From Octopus sinensis (Eukaryota): a stretch of DNA of 64,000 nt. The first letter of the stretch is position 1, and each line of letters starts with the position of its first letter. The notes under the pieces were generated by a model that saw only the letters and a list, made by a program, of their open reading frames with translations, did not search any database and was not told the origin of the DNA. The stretch is taken from assembly GCF_006345805.1 (NCBI RefSeq), contig NC_043025.1, positions 16,998,405-17,062,404 on the forward strand, given 5' to 3'. A program made the position numbers and the translations under genes. Of this stretch, positions 12,501 to 27,900 are shown piece by piece.

Positions 12501-14750
12501 CTAACCTGATAACTTTTGAGAATTTAGTAATCTCTTGGATAAAAATGAGCTTATTATCAATCATATAACTTATATATACCTACCAGATCACAAAATTTTT
12601 TTTTTTTGTTTTTCAAGTAAACATATGAAATATTTTGACATTTTCTAACCTGAAAACTTTTGAGAATTTACTGATCACTTTGATAAATATAAACCTATTC
12701 TCACTCAGTTAATATATTTTTACTGAACAGATCACAATACTTTTTGTTGTTTTTCAAATACACATTTGAAATATATTGACATTTTCTAACCTAACAATTT
12801 CTAGAATTTAGTAATCTCTTGTATAAATATATGCATATTATCACTCAGAAACTTATATTTACCTAACAGATCACAAACTTTTTTGTTGTTTCTCAAGTAC
12901 ACATTTGAAATATTTTGACATTTTCTAACCTGAAAACTAATGAGAATTTCGTGATCACTTTGATAAATGTATGCTTATTATCACTCAGTTAATTTATATT
13001 TACCTAACAGATTTCAAAATTTTTTGTTGTTTTTCAAGTACTTACTTGACATATTTTGACAATTTCTAACCTGAAAACTTTTGAGAATTTAGTGATATTT
13101 TGGATAAATAGAAGCTTATCATCACTGAGTTAATTTATACTTACCTAAAAGATCACAAAATTTTTTGTTGTTTTTCAAGTACACATTTGAGATATTTTGA
13201 CATTTTCTAACCTGAAAACTTTTGAAAATTTAGTGATATCGTGGATAAATATACCCATATTATCCCTCAAATAACTTATATTTACCTAACAGATCACAAA
13301 ATCTTTTGTTGTTTCTCAAGTACACAGTTGAAATGTTTTGACATTTTCTAACCTGAAGAATTTTGAGAATTTACTGAACACTTGGATAAAAATAAGATTT
13401 TTATCACTCAGTTAATATATTTACCTAACAGATTTAAATTTTTTTTTTTATTTTTCAAGTACACATTTGAAATATTTTGACATTTTCGAACCTGAAAACT
13501 TTTCAGAATTTAGTGATATTTTGGATAAATAGAAGCTTATCATCACTGAGTTAATTTATACTTACCTAAAAGATCACAAAATTTTTTGTTGTTTTTCAAG
13601 TACACATTTGAGATATTTTGACATTTTCTAACCTGAAAACTTTTGAAAATTTAGTGATCTAGGATAAAATTACCCATATTATCCCTCAGATAACTTATAT
13701 TACCTAACAGATCACAAAATCTTTTGTTGTTTCTCAAGTACACAGTTGAAATGTTTTGACATTTTCTAACCTGAATTTTGAGAATTTACTGAACACTTGG
13801 ATAAAAATAAGATTTTTATCACTCAGTTAATATATTTACCTAACAGATTTAAAATTTTTTTTTTATTTTTCAAGTACACATTTGAAATATTTTGACATTT
13901 TCTAACCTGATAACTTTTCAGAATTTAGTGATCTTGGATAAATATAGGCTTATTATCACTCAGTTAATTTATATTTACCTAACAGATCACAAAATTTATT
14001 ATTGTTTCTCAAGTACACATTTGAAGTATTTTGACATTTTCTAACCTGAAAACTTTTCAGAATTTAGTGAACTCTTGGATAAAAATAAGTTTATTATTAC
14101 TCAGTTAATTTATATTTACCCAAGAGATTTCAAAATTTTTTGTTGTTTCTCAAGTACACTTTTGAAATATTTTGACATTTTCTAACTTGAAAACTTTTGA
14201 GAATTTAGTGATCTCTTGGATAAATCTAAGCTTATTATCACTCAGTTAATTTATATTTACCGAACAGGTCAAAAAATTCTTTGTTGTTTTTCAAGTACAC
14301 ATTTGAAATATGTTGACATTTTCACACCTGAAAACTTTTCAGAATTTAGTGATCTCTTGGATAAATATAAGCTTATTATCACTTAGTTAAATTATATTTA
14401 CCGAAGATAACACAAAATTTTTTGTTGTTTTTCCAGTACACATTTGAAATATTTTGACATTTTCTAATCTGAAAACTTTTGAGAACTTAGTGTTGTCTTG
14501 GATAATTATACGCATATTATCACTCAGTTAACATATATTTACCTAAAAGATCACGTGATTTTTTTTTATTTTTCACGTACACATTTGAAATATTTTGACA
14601 TTTTCTAACCTAAAAACTTTTGAGAATTTTGTGATCTGTTGGATAAATATAAGCTTATAATCACTCATTTAACTTATATTTTACCTAACAGATCACAAAA
14701 TATTTTGTTGTTTTCAAGTACACATTTGAAATAATTTGACATTTTCTAAC
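9600..14750 (-). repeat. Higher-order block duplication, period ~2.64 kb (~19 monomers)
   Basis: Diagnostic variants recur in the same order: agttcacacac at 9671/12307, gtgatattttggataaatagaagc at ~10463/~13093, cacgtgattttt at ~11496/~14552. Copy 2 carries an extra ~420-bp (3-monomer) duplication at ~13093/~13513. Confidence 0.85.
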
Positions 14751-15589
14751 CTGAAAACTTTTAGACTTTTGTGATCTCTTGGATAAATATAAGCTATTAT
14801 CACTCAGTTAACTTATATTTTACCTAACAGATCACAAAATATTTTGTTGTTTTCAAGTAAATATTTGAAATATTTTGATATTTTCTAACCTGAAAACTTT
14901 TGAAAATTAGTGATCTCTTGGATAAATATAAGCTTATTATCACTCAGTTAATTTATAATTACCTAACAGATCACAAAAAAATTGTTGTGTTTCAAGTACA
15001 CATTTGAAATATTTTAACATTTTCTAAGCTGACAAATTTTGAGAATTTAGTGATCTCTTGGATAAATATACGCATATATCACTCATCATAACTTATATTC
15101 CCTAACAGATCAAAACTTTTTTATTGTTTCTCAAGTACACTTTTGAAATATTTTGACATTTTCTAACTTGAAAACTTTTGAGAATTTAGTGCTCTCTTGG
15201 ATAAATATACGCATATTATCACTCAGATAACTTATATTTCCCTAACAGATCACAAACTTTTTTATTGTTTCTAAATTACACTTTTGAAATATTTTGACAT
15301 TTTCTAACTTGAAAACTTTTGAAAATTTAGTGATCTCTTGGATAAATATAAGCTTATTATCACTCAGTTAATTTATATTTACCGAACAGATCACAAAATT
15401 TTTTGTTGTTTTTCAAGTACACATTTGAAATATGTTGACATTTTCTAAACTGAAAACTTTTGAGAATTTAGTGTTGTCTTGGATAATTATACGCATATTA
15501 TCACTCAGTTAACATATATTTACCTAAAAGATCGCGTGATTTTTTGTTATTTTTCAAGTACACATTTGGAATATTTTGACATTTTCTAA

Positions 15590-18500
15590 TCTTAAAATTT
15601 TTGAGAATTTAGTAATCTCTTGGATAAATATAAGCTTATTATCACTCAGTTAACTTATATTTACCTAACAGATCACAAAATACTTTGTTGTATTTCAAGT
15701 ACACATTTGAAATATTTTGACATTTTGTAACCTGAAAACTTTTGAGAATTTAGTGATCTCTTGGATAGAAATAAGCTTATTATCACTCAGTTAATTTATA
15801 TTTACCTAACAGATCACAAAATTTTTTATGTTTTTCAAGTACACATTTGAAATAATTTGACATTTTCTAACCTGATAACTTTTGAGACTTTTGTTATCTC
15901 TTGGATAAATATAAGCTTATTATAACTCAGTTAACCTAACAGATCACAAAATTTTTTGTTGTTTTTCAAGTACACATTTGAGATATTTCACATTTTCTAA
16001 CCTGAAAACTTTTGAGAATTTTGTGATCTGTTGGTTAAATATAAGCTTATTATGAATCAGTTAATTTATATTTACCTAACAGATCACAAAATATTTTGTT
16101 GTTTTTCAAGTACACATTTGAGATATTTTGACATTTTTTAACCTGAAAACTTTGAGAATTTAGTGATATCTTTGATAAATATAAGCTTTTTATCACTCAG
16201 TTAATTTATATTTACCGAACAGATCACCAAATTTTTTGTTGTTTTTCAAGTACACATTTGAAATATTTTGACATTTTCTAACCTGAAAACTTTTGAGAAT
16301 TTAGTGATTTCTTGGATAAATATAAGCTTATTATCACTCAGTTAACTTATATTTTTCCTAACTGATCACAAAATATTTTCTTGTTTTTCAAGTACACATT
16401 TGAAATATGTTGACATTTCCTAACCTGAAAACTTTTGAGAATCTAGTGATCTCTTGGATAAATATAAGCTTATTATCACTCAGTTAACCTAACAGATCAC
16501 AAAATTTTTTGTTGTTTTTCAAGTACACATTTGAGATATTTCACATTTTCTAACCTGAAAATTTTTGAGAATTTAGTGATCTGTTGGTTAAATATAAGCT
16601 TATTATCAATCAGTTAATTTATATTTATCTAACAGATCACAAAATATTTTGTTGTGTTTCAAGTACATATTTGAGATATTTTGACATTTTCTAACCTGAA
16701 AACTTTTGAGAATTTAGTGATCTCTTTGATAAAATAAGCTTTTATCACTCAGTTATTTATATTTACGAACAGATCACCAAATTTTTTGTTGTTTTTCAAG
16801 TTTACATTTGAAATATTTTGACATTTTCTAACCTGAAAACTTTTGAGAATTTAGTGATTTCTTGGATAAATATAAGCTTATTATCACTCAGTTAACTTAT
16901 ATTTTACCTAACTGATCACAAAATATTTTGTTTTTTTTCAAGTACACATTTGAAATATTTGACATTTCCTAACCTGAAAACTTTTGAGAATCTAGTGACC
17001 TCTTGGATAAATATAAGCTTATTATCACTCAGTTAATTTATATTTACCTAACAGATGACAAAATTTTTTGTTGTTTTTCAAGTACACATTTGAAATAATT
17101 TTACATTTTCTAACCTGAAAACTTTTGAGATTTTAGTGATCTCTTGGATAAATAACAGCTGATTATCACTCAGTAAACTTATATTTACCTAACAGATCAC
17201 AAAATTTTTTATTGCTTTTCAAGTACACATTTGAAATATTTTGACATTTTCTAACCTGAAAACTTTTGAGAATTTAGTGATCTCTTGGAAAAATATAAGC
17301 TTATACTCAGTTAACATATATTTACCTAACAGATCACAAAATTCTTTGTTGTTTCTCAAATACACATTTGAAATGTTTTCACATTTTCTAACCTGAAAAC
17401 TTTTGAGAATTTACTAAACTCTTGGATAAAAATAACATTTTTATCACTCAGTTAATTTATATTTACCTAACAGATTTCAAAATTTTTTGTTGTTTTTGAA
17501 GTACAAATTTGAAATATTTTGACATTTTCTAACCTGAAAACTTTTGAGAATTTAGTGATCTCTTGGATCAAAATAAGCTTAATATCACTCAGTTAATTTA
17601 TATTTACCTAACAGATCACAAAATTTTTTGTTATTTTTCAAGTACACATTTGAAATATTTTGACATTTTCTAACCTTACACTTTTTGAGAATTTAGTGAT
17701 CTCTTGGATAAAAATACGCGATTCCTCACTCAGTTAACTTATATTTACATAACAGATCTCAAAAAATTTGTGTTTTTGAAGTACACATTTGAAATATTTT
17801 GACATTTTCTAACCTGAAAACTTTTGAGAATTTAGTGAAATCTTGGATAAAATAAGATTATATCACTCAGTTAATTTATATTTACCTAACAGATCACGAA
17901 ATTTGTTGTTGTTTTTCAAGTACACATTTGAAATATTTTGACATTTTCTAATCTTAAAATTTTTGAGAATTTAGTAATCTCTTGGATAAATATAAGCTTA
18001 TTATCACTCAGTTAACTTATATTTACCTAACAAATCACAAAATACTTTGTTGTATTTCAAGCACACATTTGAAATATTTTGACATTTTCTAACCTGAAAC
18101 TTTTGAGAATTTAGTGATCTCTTTGATAGAATAAGCTTATTATCACTCAGTTAATTTATATTTACCTAACAGATCACAAAAGTTTTTATGTTTTTCAAGT
18201 ACACATTTGAAATAATTTAACATTTTCTAACCTGATAAATTTGAGACTTTAGTTATCTCTTGGATAAATATAAGCTTATTATAACTCAGTTAACCTAACA
18301 GATCACAAAATTTTTTGTTGTTTTTCAAGTACACATTTGAGATATTTCACATTTTCTAACCTGATAACTTTTGAGAATTTAGTGATATGTTGGTTAAATA
18401 TAAGCTTATTATCAATCAGTTAATTTATATTTACCTAACAGTTCACAAAATATTTTGTTGTTTTTCAAGTACACATTTGAGATATTTTGACATTTTCTAA

Positions 18501-21500
18501 CCTGAAAACTTTGAGAATTTAGTGATCTCTTTGATAAATATAAGCTTTTTATCACTCAGTTAATTTATATTTACCGAACAGATCACCAAATTTTTTGTTG
18601 TTTTTCTAGTACACATTTGAAATATTTTGACATTTTCTAACCTGAAAACTTTTGAGAATTTAGTGATTTCTTGGATAAATATAAGCTTATTATCACTCAG
18701 TTAACTTATATTTTACCTAACTGATCACAAAATATTTTGTTGTTTTTCAAGTACACATTTGAAATATTTTGACATTTCCTAACCTGAAAACTTTTGAGAA
18801 TCTAGTGATCTCTTGGATAAATATAAGCTTATTTTCACTCAGTTAATTTATATTTACCTAACAGATCACAAAATTTTTTGTTGTTTTTCAAGTACACATT
18901 TGAAATATTTTTACATTTTCTAACCTGAAAACTTTTGAGATTTTAGTGATTTCTTGGATAAATAACAGCTGATTATCACTCAGTTAACTTATATTTACCT
19001 AACAGATCACAAAATTTTTTGTGTTTTCTAAGTACACATTTGAAATATTTTGACATTTTCTAACCTGAAAACTTTGAGAATTTAGTGATCTCTTGGATAA
19101 ATATAAGCTTATTATCACTCAGTTAACTTATATTTACCTAACAGATCACAAATTCTTTGTTGTTTCTCAATACACATTTGAAATGTTTTCACATTTTCTA
19201 ACCTGAAAACTTTTAAGAATTTACTGAACTCTTGTATAAGAATAACATTTTATCACTCAGTTAATTTATGTTTACCTAACAGATTTCAAAATTTTTTGTT
19301 GTTTGAAGTACACATTTGAAATATTTTGAAATTTTCTAACCTGAAACTTTTGAGAATTTAGTGATCTCTTGGATCAAAATAAGCTTATTATCACTCAGTT
19401 AATTTATATTTACCTAACAGATCACAAATTTTTTTGTTATTTTTCAAGTACACATTTGAAATATTTTGACATTTTCTAACCTTACAAAATTTTGAGAATT
19501 TAGTGATCTCTTGGTAAATACAACGCATATTCTCACTAAGTAACTTATATTTACATAACAGATCTCAAAAAAATTTTGTGTTTTGAAGTACACATTTGAA
19601 ATATTTTGACATTTTCTAACCTGAAAACTTTTGAGAATTTAGTGAACTCTTGGATAAAAATAAGAATATTATCACTCAGATAACTTATATTTACCTAACA
19701 GATCACAAAATTTTTTATTGTTCTCAAGTACACATTTGAAATAATTTGACATTTTCTAATCTGAAACTTTTGAGAATTTTGAACTCTTGGATAAAATAAG
19801 TTCGTATCACTAAGTTAATTTATATTTACCCAAGAGTTTTCAAAATTTTTTGTTGTTTTTAAGTACACATTTGAAATATTTTGACATTTTCTAACCTGAA
19901 AACTTTTGAGAATTAGTGATTTCTTCGATAAATATAAGCTTATTATCACTCAGTTAACTTATATTTACCTAACAGATCACAAAATATTTTGTTGTTTTTC
20001 AGTACACATTTGAAATATTTTGAACTTTCCTAACCTGAAAACTTTCGAGAATCTTGTGATCTCTTGGATAATATAAGCTTATTATCACTCAGTTAATTTA
20101 TATTTACCTAACAGATTACAAAATTTTTTTTTATTTTCAAGTACACATTTGAAATATTTTGACATTTTCTAACCTGAAAACTTTTGAGAATTTAATGATC
20201 TCTTGGATAAATATAAGCTTATTTTCACTCAGTTAATCGATATGTTTACCTAACAGATCACAAAATTTTTTGTTGCTTTTCAAGTACACATTTGACATAT
20301 TTTGACATATTCTAACCTGAAAACTTTTGAGAATTTAGTGATCTTTTGGATAAAAATACGCATATTATCACTCAGATAAATTATATTTACCTAACAGATC
20401 ACAAAATTCTTTGTTGTTTCTCAAATACACATTTGAAATATTTTCACATTTTCTAACCTGAAAACTTTTGAGAATTTTTGAACTCTTGGATAAAATAAGT
20501 TCATTATCACTAGTTAATTTATATTTACCCAAGAGATTTCAAAATTTTTTGTTGATTTTCAAGTACACATTTGAAGTATTTTGACATTTTCTAACCTGAA
20601 AACTTTTGAGAATTTAGTGATCTCTTGGATAAATATAGCTTATTATCACTCAGTAACTTATATTTCACCTAACAGATCACAAAATATTTTGTTGATGCTC
20701 AAGTACACATTTGAAATATTTTGACATTTTCTATCTGAAAACTTTTGAGAATTAGTGATGACTTAGATAATTATACGCATATTATCACACAGTTAACATA
20801 TATTTACCTAAAGATCACTGATTTTTTTTGTTTTTTCAAGTACACATATGAAATATTTTGACATTTCTAACCTGAAAACTTTTGAGAATTTAGTGAACTC
20901 TTGGATAAAATAAGTTCATTATCACTAGGTTAATTTATATTACCCAAGAGATTTCAAAATTTTTTGTTGTTTTTCAAGTACACATTTGAAATATTTTGAC
21001 ATTTTCTAACCTGACAAACTTTTGAGAATTTAGTGATTTCTTGGATAAATATAAGCTTATTATCACTCAGTTAACTTATATTTACCTAACAGATCACAAA
21101 ATATTTTGTTGTTTTTTCAAGTACACATTGAAATATTTTGACATTATCTAACCTGAAAATTTCAGAATTTAGTGATGACTTAGATAAAATAAGCTTATTA
21201 TCACTCAGTTAATTTATATTTCCTAACAGATCACATTTTTTTTTTATTTTTCAAGTACACATTTGAAATATTTTGACATTTTCTAACCTGAAAACTTTTG
21301 AGAATTTAGTGATCTCTTGGATAAATATAAGCTTATTTTCACTCAGTTAATCGATATATTTACCTAACAGACCACAAAATTTTTTGTTGCTTTTCAAGTA
21401 CACATTTGAAATATTTTGACATTTTCTAACCTGAAAACGTTTGAGAATTTAGTGATTTCTTCGATAAATATAAGTTTATTATCACTCAGTTAAATTATAT

Positions 21501-24165
21501 TTTACCTAACAGATCACAAAATATTTTGTTGTTTTTCAAGTACACATTTGAAATATGTTGACATTTTCTAAACTGAAAACTTTTGAGAATTTAGTGTTGT
21601 CTTGGATAATTATACGCATATTATCACTCAGTTAACATATATTTACCTAAAAAATCGCGTGTTTTTTTGTTATTTTTAAAGTACACATTTGAAATATTTT
21701 GACATTTTCTAATCTTAAAATTTTTGAGAATTTAGTAATCTCTTGGATAAATATAAGCTTATTTTCACTCAGTTCTTATATTTACCTAACAATCACAAAA
21801 TACTTTGTTGTATTTCAAGTACACACATTTGAAATATTTTGACATTTTTTAACCTGAAAACTTTTGAGAATTTAGTGATCTCTTGGATAAAATAAGCTTA
21901 TTATCACTCAGTTAATTTATATTTACCTAACAGATCACAAAAGTTTTTATGTTTTTCAAGTACACATTTGAAATAATTTAACATTTCTAACCTGATAAAT
22001 TTGAGACTTTAGTTATCTCTTGGATAAAATAAGCTATTATAACTCAGTTTAACCTAACAGATCACAAAATTTTTTGTTGTTTTTCAAGTACACATTAGAT
22101 ATTTCACATTTTCTAACCTGATAACTTTTGAGATTTAGTGATCTTTGGTTAAATATAAGCTTATTATCAATCAGTTAATTTATATTTACCTAACAGTTCA
22201 CAAAATATTTTGTTGTTTTTCAAGTACACATTTGAGATATTTTGACATTTTCTAACCTGAAAACTTTGAGAATTTAGTGATCTCTTTGATAATATAAGCT
22301 TTTTATCACTCAGTTAATTTATATTTACCGAACAGATCACCAAATTTTTTGTTGTTTTTTCTAGTACACATTTGAAATATTTTGACATTTCTAACCTGAA
22401 AACTTTGAGAATTTAGTGATTTCTTGGATAAATATAAGCTTATTATCACTCAGTTATTATATTTTACCTAACGATCACAAAATATTTTGTTGTTTTTCAA
22501 GTACACATTTGAAATATTTTGACATTTCCTAACCTGAAAACTTTTGAGAATTAGTGATCTCTTAGATAAATAAGCTTATTTTCACTCAGTTAATTTATAT
22601 TTACCTAACAGATCACAAAATTTTTTGTTGTTTTTCAAGTACACATTTGAAATATTTTGACATTTTCTAACCTGAAAACTTTTGAGCTTTAGTGATTTCT
22701 TGGATAAATAGCTGATTATCACTCAGTTAACTTATATTTACCTAACAGATCACAAAATTTTTTGTTGCTTTTCTAAGTACACATTTGAAATATTTTGACA
22801 TTTTCTAACCGAAAACTTTTGAGAATTTAGTGATCTCTTGGATAAATATAAGCTTATTATCACTCAGTTAACTTATATTTACCTAACAGATCACAAATTT
22901 CTTTGTTGTTTCTCAATACACATTTGAAATGTTTTCACATTTTCTAACCTGAAAACTTTTAAGAATTTAGTGAACTCTGGATAAGAATAACATTTTTATC
23001 ACTCAGTTAATTTATTTACCTAACAGATTTCAAAATTTTTTGTTGTTTTGAAGTACCATTTGAAATATTTGAAATTTTCTAACCTGAAAACTTTTGAGAA
23101 TTTAGTGATCTCTTGGATCAAAATAAGCTTATTATCACTCATTAATTTATATTTACCTAACAGATCACAAAATTTTTTGTTATTTTTCAAGTACACATTT
23201 GAAATATTTTGACATTTTCTAACCTTACAAATTTTGAGAATTTAGTGATCTCTTGGGTAAATACACGCATATTCTCACTAAGATAACTTATATTTACATA
23301 ACAGATCTCAAAAAATTTTGTTGTTTTGAAGTACACATTTGAAATATTTTGACATTTTCTAACCTGAAAACTTTTGAGAATTTAGTGAACTCTTGGATAA
23401 AAATAAGAATATTATCACTCAGATAACTTATATTTAACTAACAGATCACAAAATTTTTTATTGTTTCTCAAGTACACATTTGAAATAATTTGACATTTTC
23501 TAATCTGAAACCTTTTGAGAATTTAGTGAACTCTTGGATAAAAATAAGTTCGTTATCACTAAGTTAATTTATATTTACCCAAGAGTTTTCAAAATTTTTT
23601 GTTGTTTTTCAAGTACACATTTGAAATATTTTGACATTTTCTAACCTGAAAACGTTTGAGAATTTAGTGATTTCTTCGATAAATATAAGCTTATTATCAC
23701 TCAGTTAACTTATATTTTACCTAACAGATCACAAAATATTTTGTTGTTTTTCAAGTACACATTTGAAATATTTTGAACTTTCCTAACCTGAAAACTTTCG
23801 AGAATCTTGTGATCTCTTGGATAAATATAAGCTTATTATCACTCAGTTAATTTATATTTACCTAACAGATTACAAAATTTTTTTTACTTTTCAAGTACAC
23901 ATTTGAAATATTTTGACATTTTCTAACCTGAAAACTTTTGAGAATTTAATGATCTCTTGGATAAATATAAGCTTATTTTCACTCAGTTAATCGATATATT
24001 TACCTAACAGATCACAAAATTTTTTGTTGCTTTTCAAGTACACATTTGACATATTTTGACATATTCTAACCTGAAAACTTTTGAGAATTTAGTGATCTTT
24101 TGGATAAAAATACGCATATTATCACTCAGATAACTTATATTTAACTAACAGATCACAAAATTTTT
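15590..24165 (-). repeat. Three related higher-order blocks starting at ~15591, ~17953 and ~21714
   Basis: Ordered markers cttaaaattttt, atactttgttgtatttc, ataactcagttaacctaac and ccttaca recur in all three. Blocks 2 and 3 also share aagaatatt (~19660/~23402), gaactttcc (~20022/~23776) and ttaatcgat (~20235/~23988), a spacing of ~3.75 kb. Confidence 0.8.
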
Positions 24166-24934
24166 CACTAAATTCTCAAAAGTTTTCAGGTTAGAAAATG
24201 TCAAAATATTTCATATGTGTACTTGAAAAACAACAAAAAATCAAGTGATCTTTTAGGTAAATATATGTTAACTGTGTGATAATATGCGTATAATTATCTA
24301 AGTCATCACTAAATTCTCAAAAGTTTTCAGAATAGAAAATGTCAAAATATTTCAAATGTGTACTTGAGCATCAACAAAATATTTTGTGATCTGTTAGGTG
24401 AAATATAAGTTAACTGAGTGATAATAAGCTTATATTTATCCAAGAGATCACTAAATTCTCAAAAGTTTTCAGGTTAGAAAATGTCAACATACTTCAAATG
24501 TGTACTTGAAAATCAACAAAAAATTTAGTGATCTGTTAGGTAAATATAAATTAACTGAGTGATAATAAGCATACATTTATCCAGGAGATCACTAAATTCT
24601 CAAAAGTTTTCAGGTTAGAAAATGTCAAAATTTTTCAGATGTGTACTTGAAAAACAACAAAAAATTTTGAAATCTCTTGGGTAAATATAAATTAACTTAG
24701 TGATAATGAACTTATTTTTATCCAAGAGTTCACAAAATTCTCAAAAGTTTTCAGAATAGAAAATGTCAAATTATTTCAAATGTGTACTTGAGAAACAATA
24801 AAAAATTTTGTGATCTGTTAGTTAAATATAACTTATCTGAGTGATAATATTCTTATTTTTATCCAAGAGTTCACTAAATTCTCAAACGTTTTCAGGTTAG
24901 AAAATGTCAAAATATTTCAAATGTGTACTTCAAA
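24166..24934 (+). repeat. Inverted block of ~5.5 Sat141 monomers inside the reverse domain
   Basis: Left junction gatcacaaaattttt|cactaaattctc at ~24165. Right junction gtgtacttcaa|aagcttattatcac at ~24934. The sequence between reads as the forward consensus. Confidence 0.93.
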
Positions 24935-27900
24935 AGCTTATTATCACTAAGTTAATTTATATTTACCCAACAGATTTCAAAATTTTTTGTTGTTTTTCAA
25001 GTACACATTTGAAATATTTTGACATTTGTTAACCTGAAAACTTTTGAGAATTTAGTGATCTCTTGGATAAATATAAGCTTATTATCACTAAGTTAATTTA
25101 TATTTACCTAACAGATCACAAAATTTTTTGTTGTTTTTCAAGTACACATTTGAAATATTTTGACATTTTCTAATCTGAAAACTTTTGAGAATTTAGTGAT
25201 GTCTTAGATAATTATATGCATATTATCACTCAGTTATCATATATTTACCTAAAAGATCACTTGATTTTTTGTTGTTTTTCAAGTACACATTTGAAATATT
25301 TTGACATTTTCTAACCTGAAAACTTTTCAGAATTTAGTGATCTCTTGGATAAATACACGCATATTCTGACTCAGATAACTTATATTTACCTAACAGATCA
25401 CAAAATATTTTGTTGTTTCTCAAGTACACATTTGAAATATTTTGACATTTTCTAACCTGAAAACTTTTCAGAATTTAGTGAACTCTTGGATAAAAATAAG
25501 ATTATCTTCAATCAGTTAATTTATATTTACCTCACAGATTTCAAAATTTTTTGTTGTTTTTCATGTACACATTTGAAATATTTTGACATTTTCTAACCTG
25601 AAAACTTTTGAGAATTTTCTGAACACTTTGATAAATATAAGCCTATTATCACTCAGTTAATATATTTTTACCGAAGAGATCACAAATTTTTTTGTTGTTT
25701 TTCTAGTACACATTTGACATATTTTGACATATTCTAACCTGGAAACTTTTGAGAATTTAGTGATCTCTTTGATAAATATACGTATATTATCACTCATATA
25801 GCTTATATTTACCTAACAGATCACAAAATTCTTTGTTGTTTCTCAAATACACATTTGAAATATTTTCACATTTTCTAACCTGAAAATTTTTTAGAATTTA
25901 CTGAACTCTGGGATAAAAATAACATTTTTATCACTCAGTTAATTTATATTTACCTAACAGATTTCAAAATTTTTTGTTGTTTTTGAAGTACACATTTGAA
26001 ATATTTTGACATTTTCTAACCTGAAAACTTTTGAGAATTTAGTGATCTCTTGGATCAAAATAAGCTTATTTTCACTCAGTTAATTTATATTTACCTAACA
26101 GATCACAAAATTTTTTGTTGTTTTTCAAGTACACATTTCAAATATTTTGACATTTTCTAACCTTACAACTTTTGAGAATTTAGTGATCTCTTGGATAAAT
26201 ATACGCATATTCTCACTAAGATAACTTATATTTACATAACAGATCTCAAAAAATTTTGTTGTTTTGAAGTACACATTTGAAATATTTTGACATTTTCTAA
26301 CCTGAAAACTTTTGAGAATTTAGTGAATTCTTGGATAAAAATAAGATTATTATCACTCAGTTAATTTATATTTACCTAACAGATTTCAAAATTTTTTATT
26401 GTTTCTCAAGTAAACATTTGAAATATTTTGATATTTTCTAACCTGACAACTTTTGAGAATTTAGTGATCTCTTGGATAAATATACGCATATTATCACTCA
26501 GATAACTTATATTTAACTAACAGATCACAAAATTTTTTATTGTTTCTCAAGTAAACATTTGAAATATTTTACATAACAGATCACAAAATATTTTGTTGTT
26601 TTTCAAGTACACATTTGAAATATTTTGACATTTTCTAACCTCAAAACTTTTGAGAATTTAATGATCTCTTTGATAAATATAAGCTTATTATCACTCAGTT
26701 ATTTATATTTACCGAAGATCACAAAATTTGTGTTGTTTTTCTAGTACACATTTGACATATTTTGACATATTCTAACTGAAAACTTTTGAGAATTTAGTGA
26801 TCTCTTGGATAAAAATTACATTTTTATCACTCAGTTAATTTATATTTACCTAGCAGATTTCAAAATTTTTTGTTGTTTTTGAAGTACACATTTGAAATAT
26901 TTTGTCATTTTCTAACCTGAAAACTTTTGAGAATTTAGTGAACACTTGGATAAAAATAAGTTCATTATCACTAAGTTAATTATATTTACCCAAGAGATTT
27001 CAAAATTTTTTGTTGTTTTTCAAGTACACATTTGAAAAATTTTGACATTTTCTAACCTGAAAACTTTTCAGAATTTAGTGATCTCCTGGATAAATGTATG
27101 CTTATTATCACTCAGTTAATTTATTTACCTAACAGATCACTAAATTTTTGTTGATTTTCAAGTACATATTTGAAATATGTTGACATTTTCTAACCTGAAA
27201 ACTTTTGAGAATTTAGTGATCTCTTGGATAATATAAGCTTATAATCACTCAGTTAACTTATATTTACCTAACAGATCACAAAATATTTTGTTGATTCTCA
27301 AGTAAACATTTGAAATATTTTGACATTTTCTATTCTGAAAACTTTTGAGAATTTAGTGATGTCTTAGATAATTATACGCATATTATCACACAGTTAACAT
27401 ATATTTACCTAAAAGCTCACTTGACTTTTTGTTGTTTTTCAAGTACACATATGAAATATTTTGACATTTTCTAACCTGACAAATTTTGAGAATTTAGTGA
27501 TCTGTTGGATAAATACACGCATATACTCAATCGGTTAATTTATATTTACCTAACAGATCACAAAATTTTTTGTTGTTTTTCAAGTACATATTTGAAATAT
27601 TTTGACATTTTCTAACCTGAAAACTTTTGAGAATTTAGTGATCTCTTGGATAAATATAAGCTTATTTTCACTCAGTTAATCGATATATTTACCTAACAGA
27701 TCACAAAATTTTTTGTCGCTTTTCAAGTACACATTTGAAATATTTTGACATTTTCTAACCTGAAAACTTTTGAGAATTTAGTGATCTCTTGGATAAATAT
27801 ACGCATATTATCACTCAGGAAACTTATATTTACCTAACAGATCACAAAATTCTTTGTTGTTTCTCAAATAAACATTTGAAATGTTTTCACATTTTCTAAC

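Larger units (their letters stand above)
9205..24165 (-). repeat. Sat141 reverse domain 1 (~107 monomers, variant A, with block duplications)
   Basis: Units read ...caagtacacatttgaaatattttgacattttctaacctgaaaacttttgagaatttagtgatctcttggataaatataagcttattatcactcagttaa..., the reverse complement of the consensus. Confidence 0.97.
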
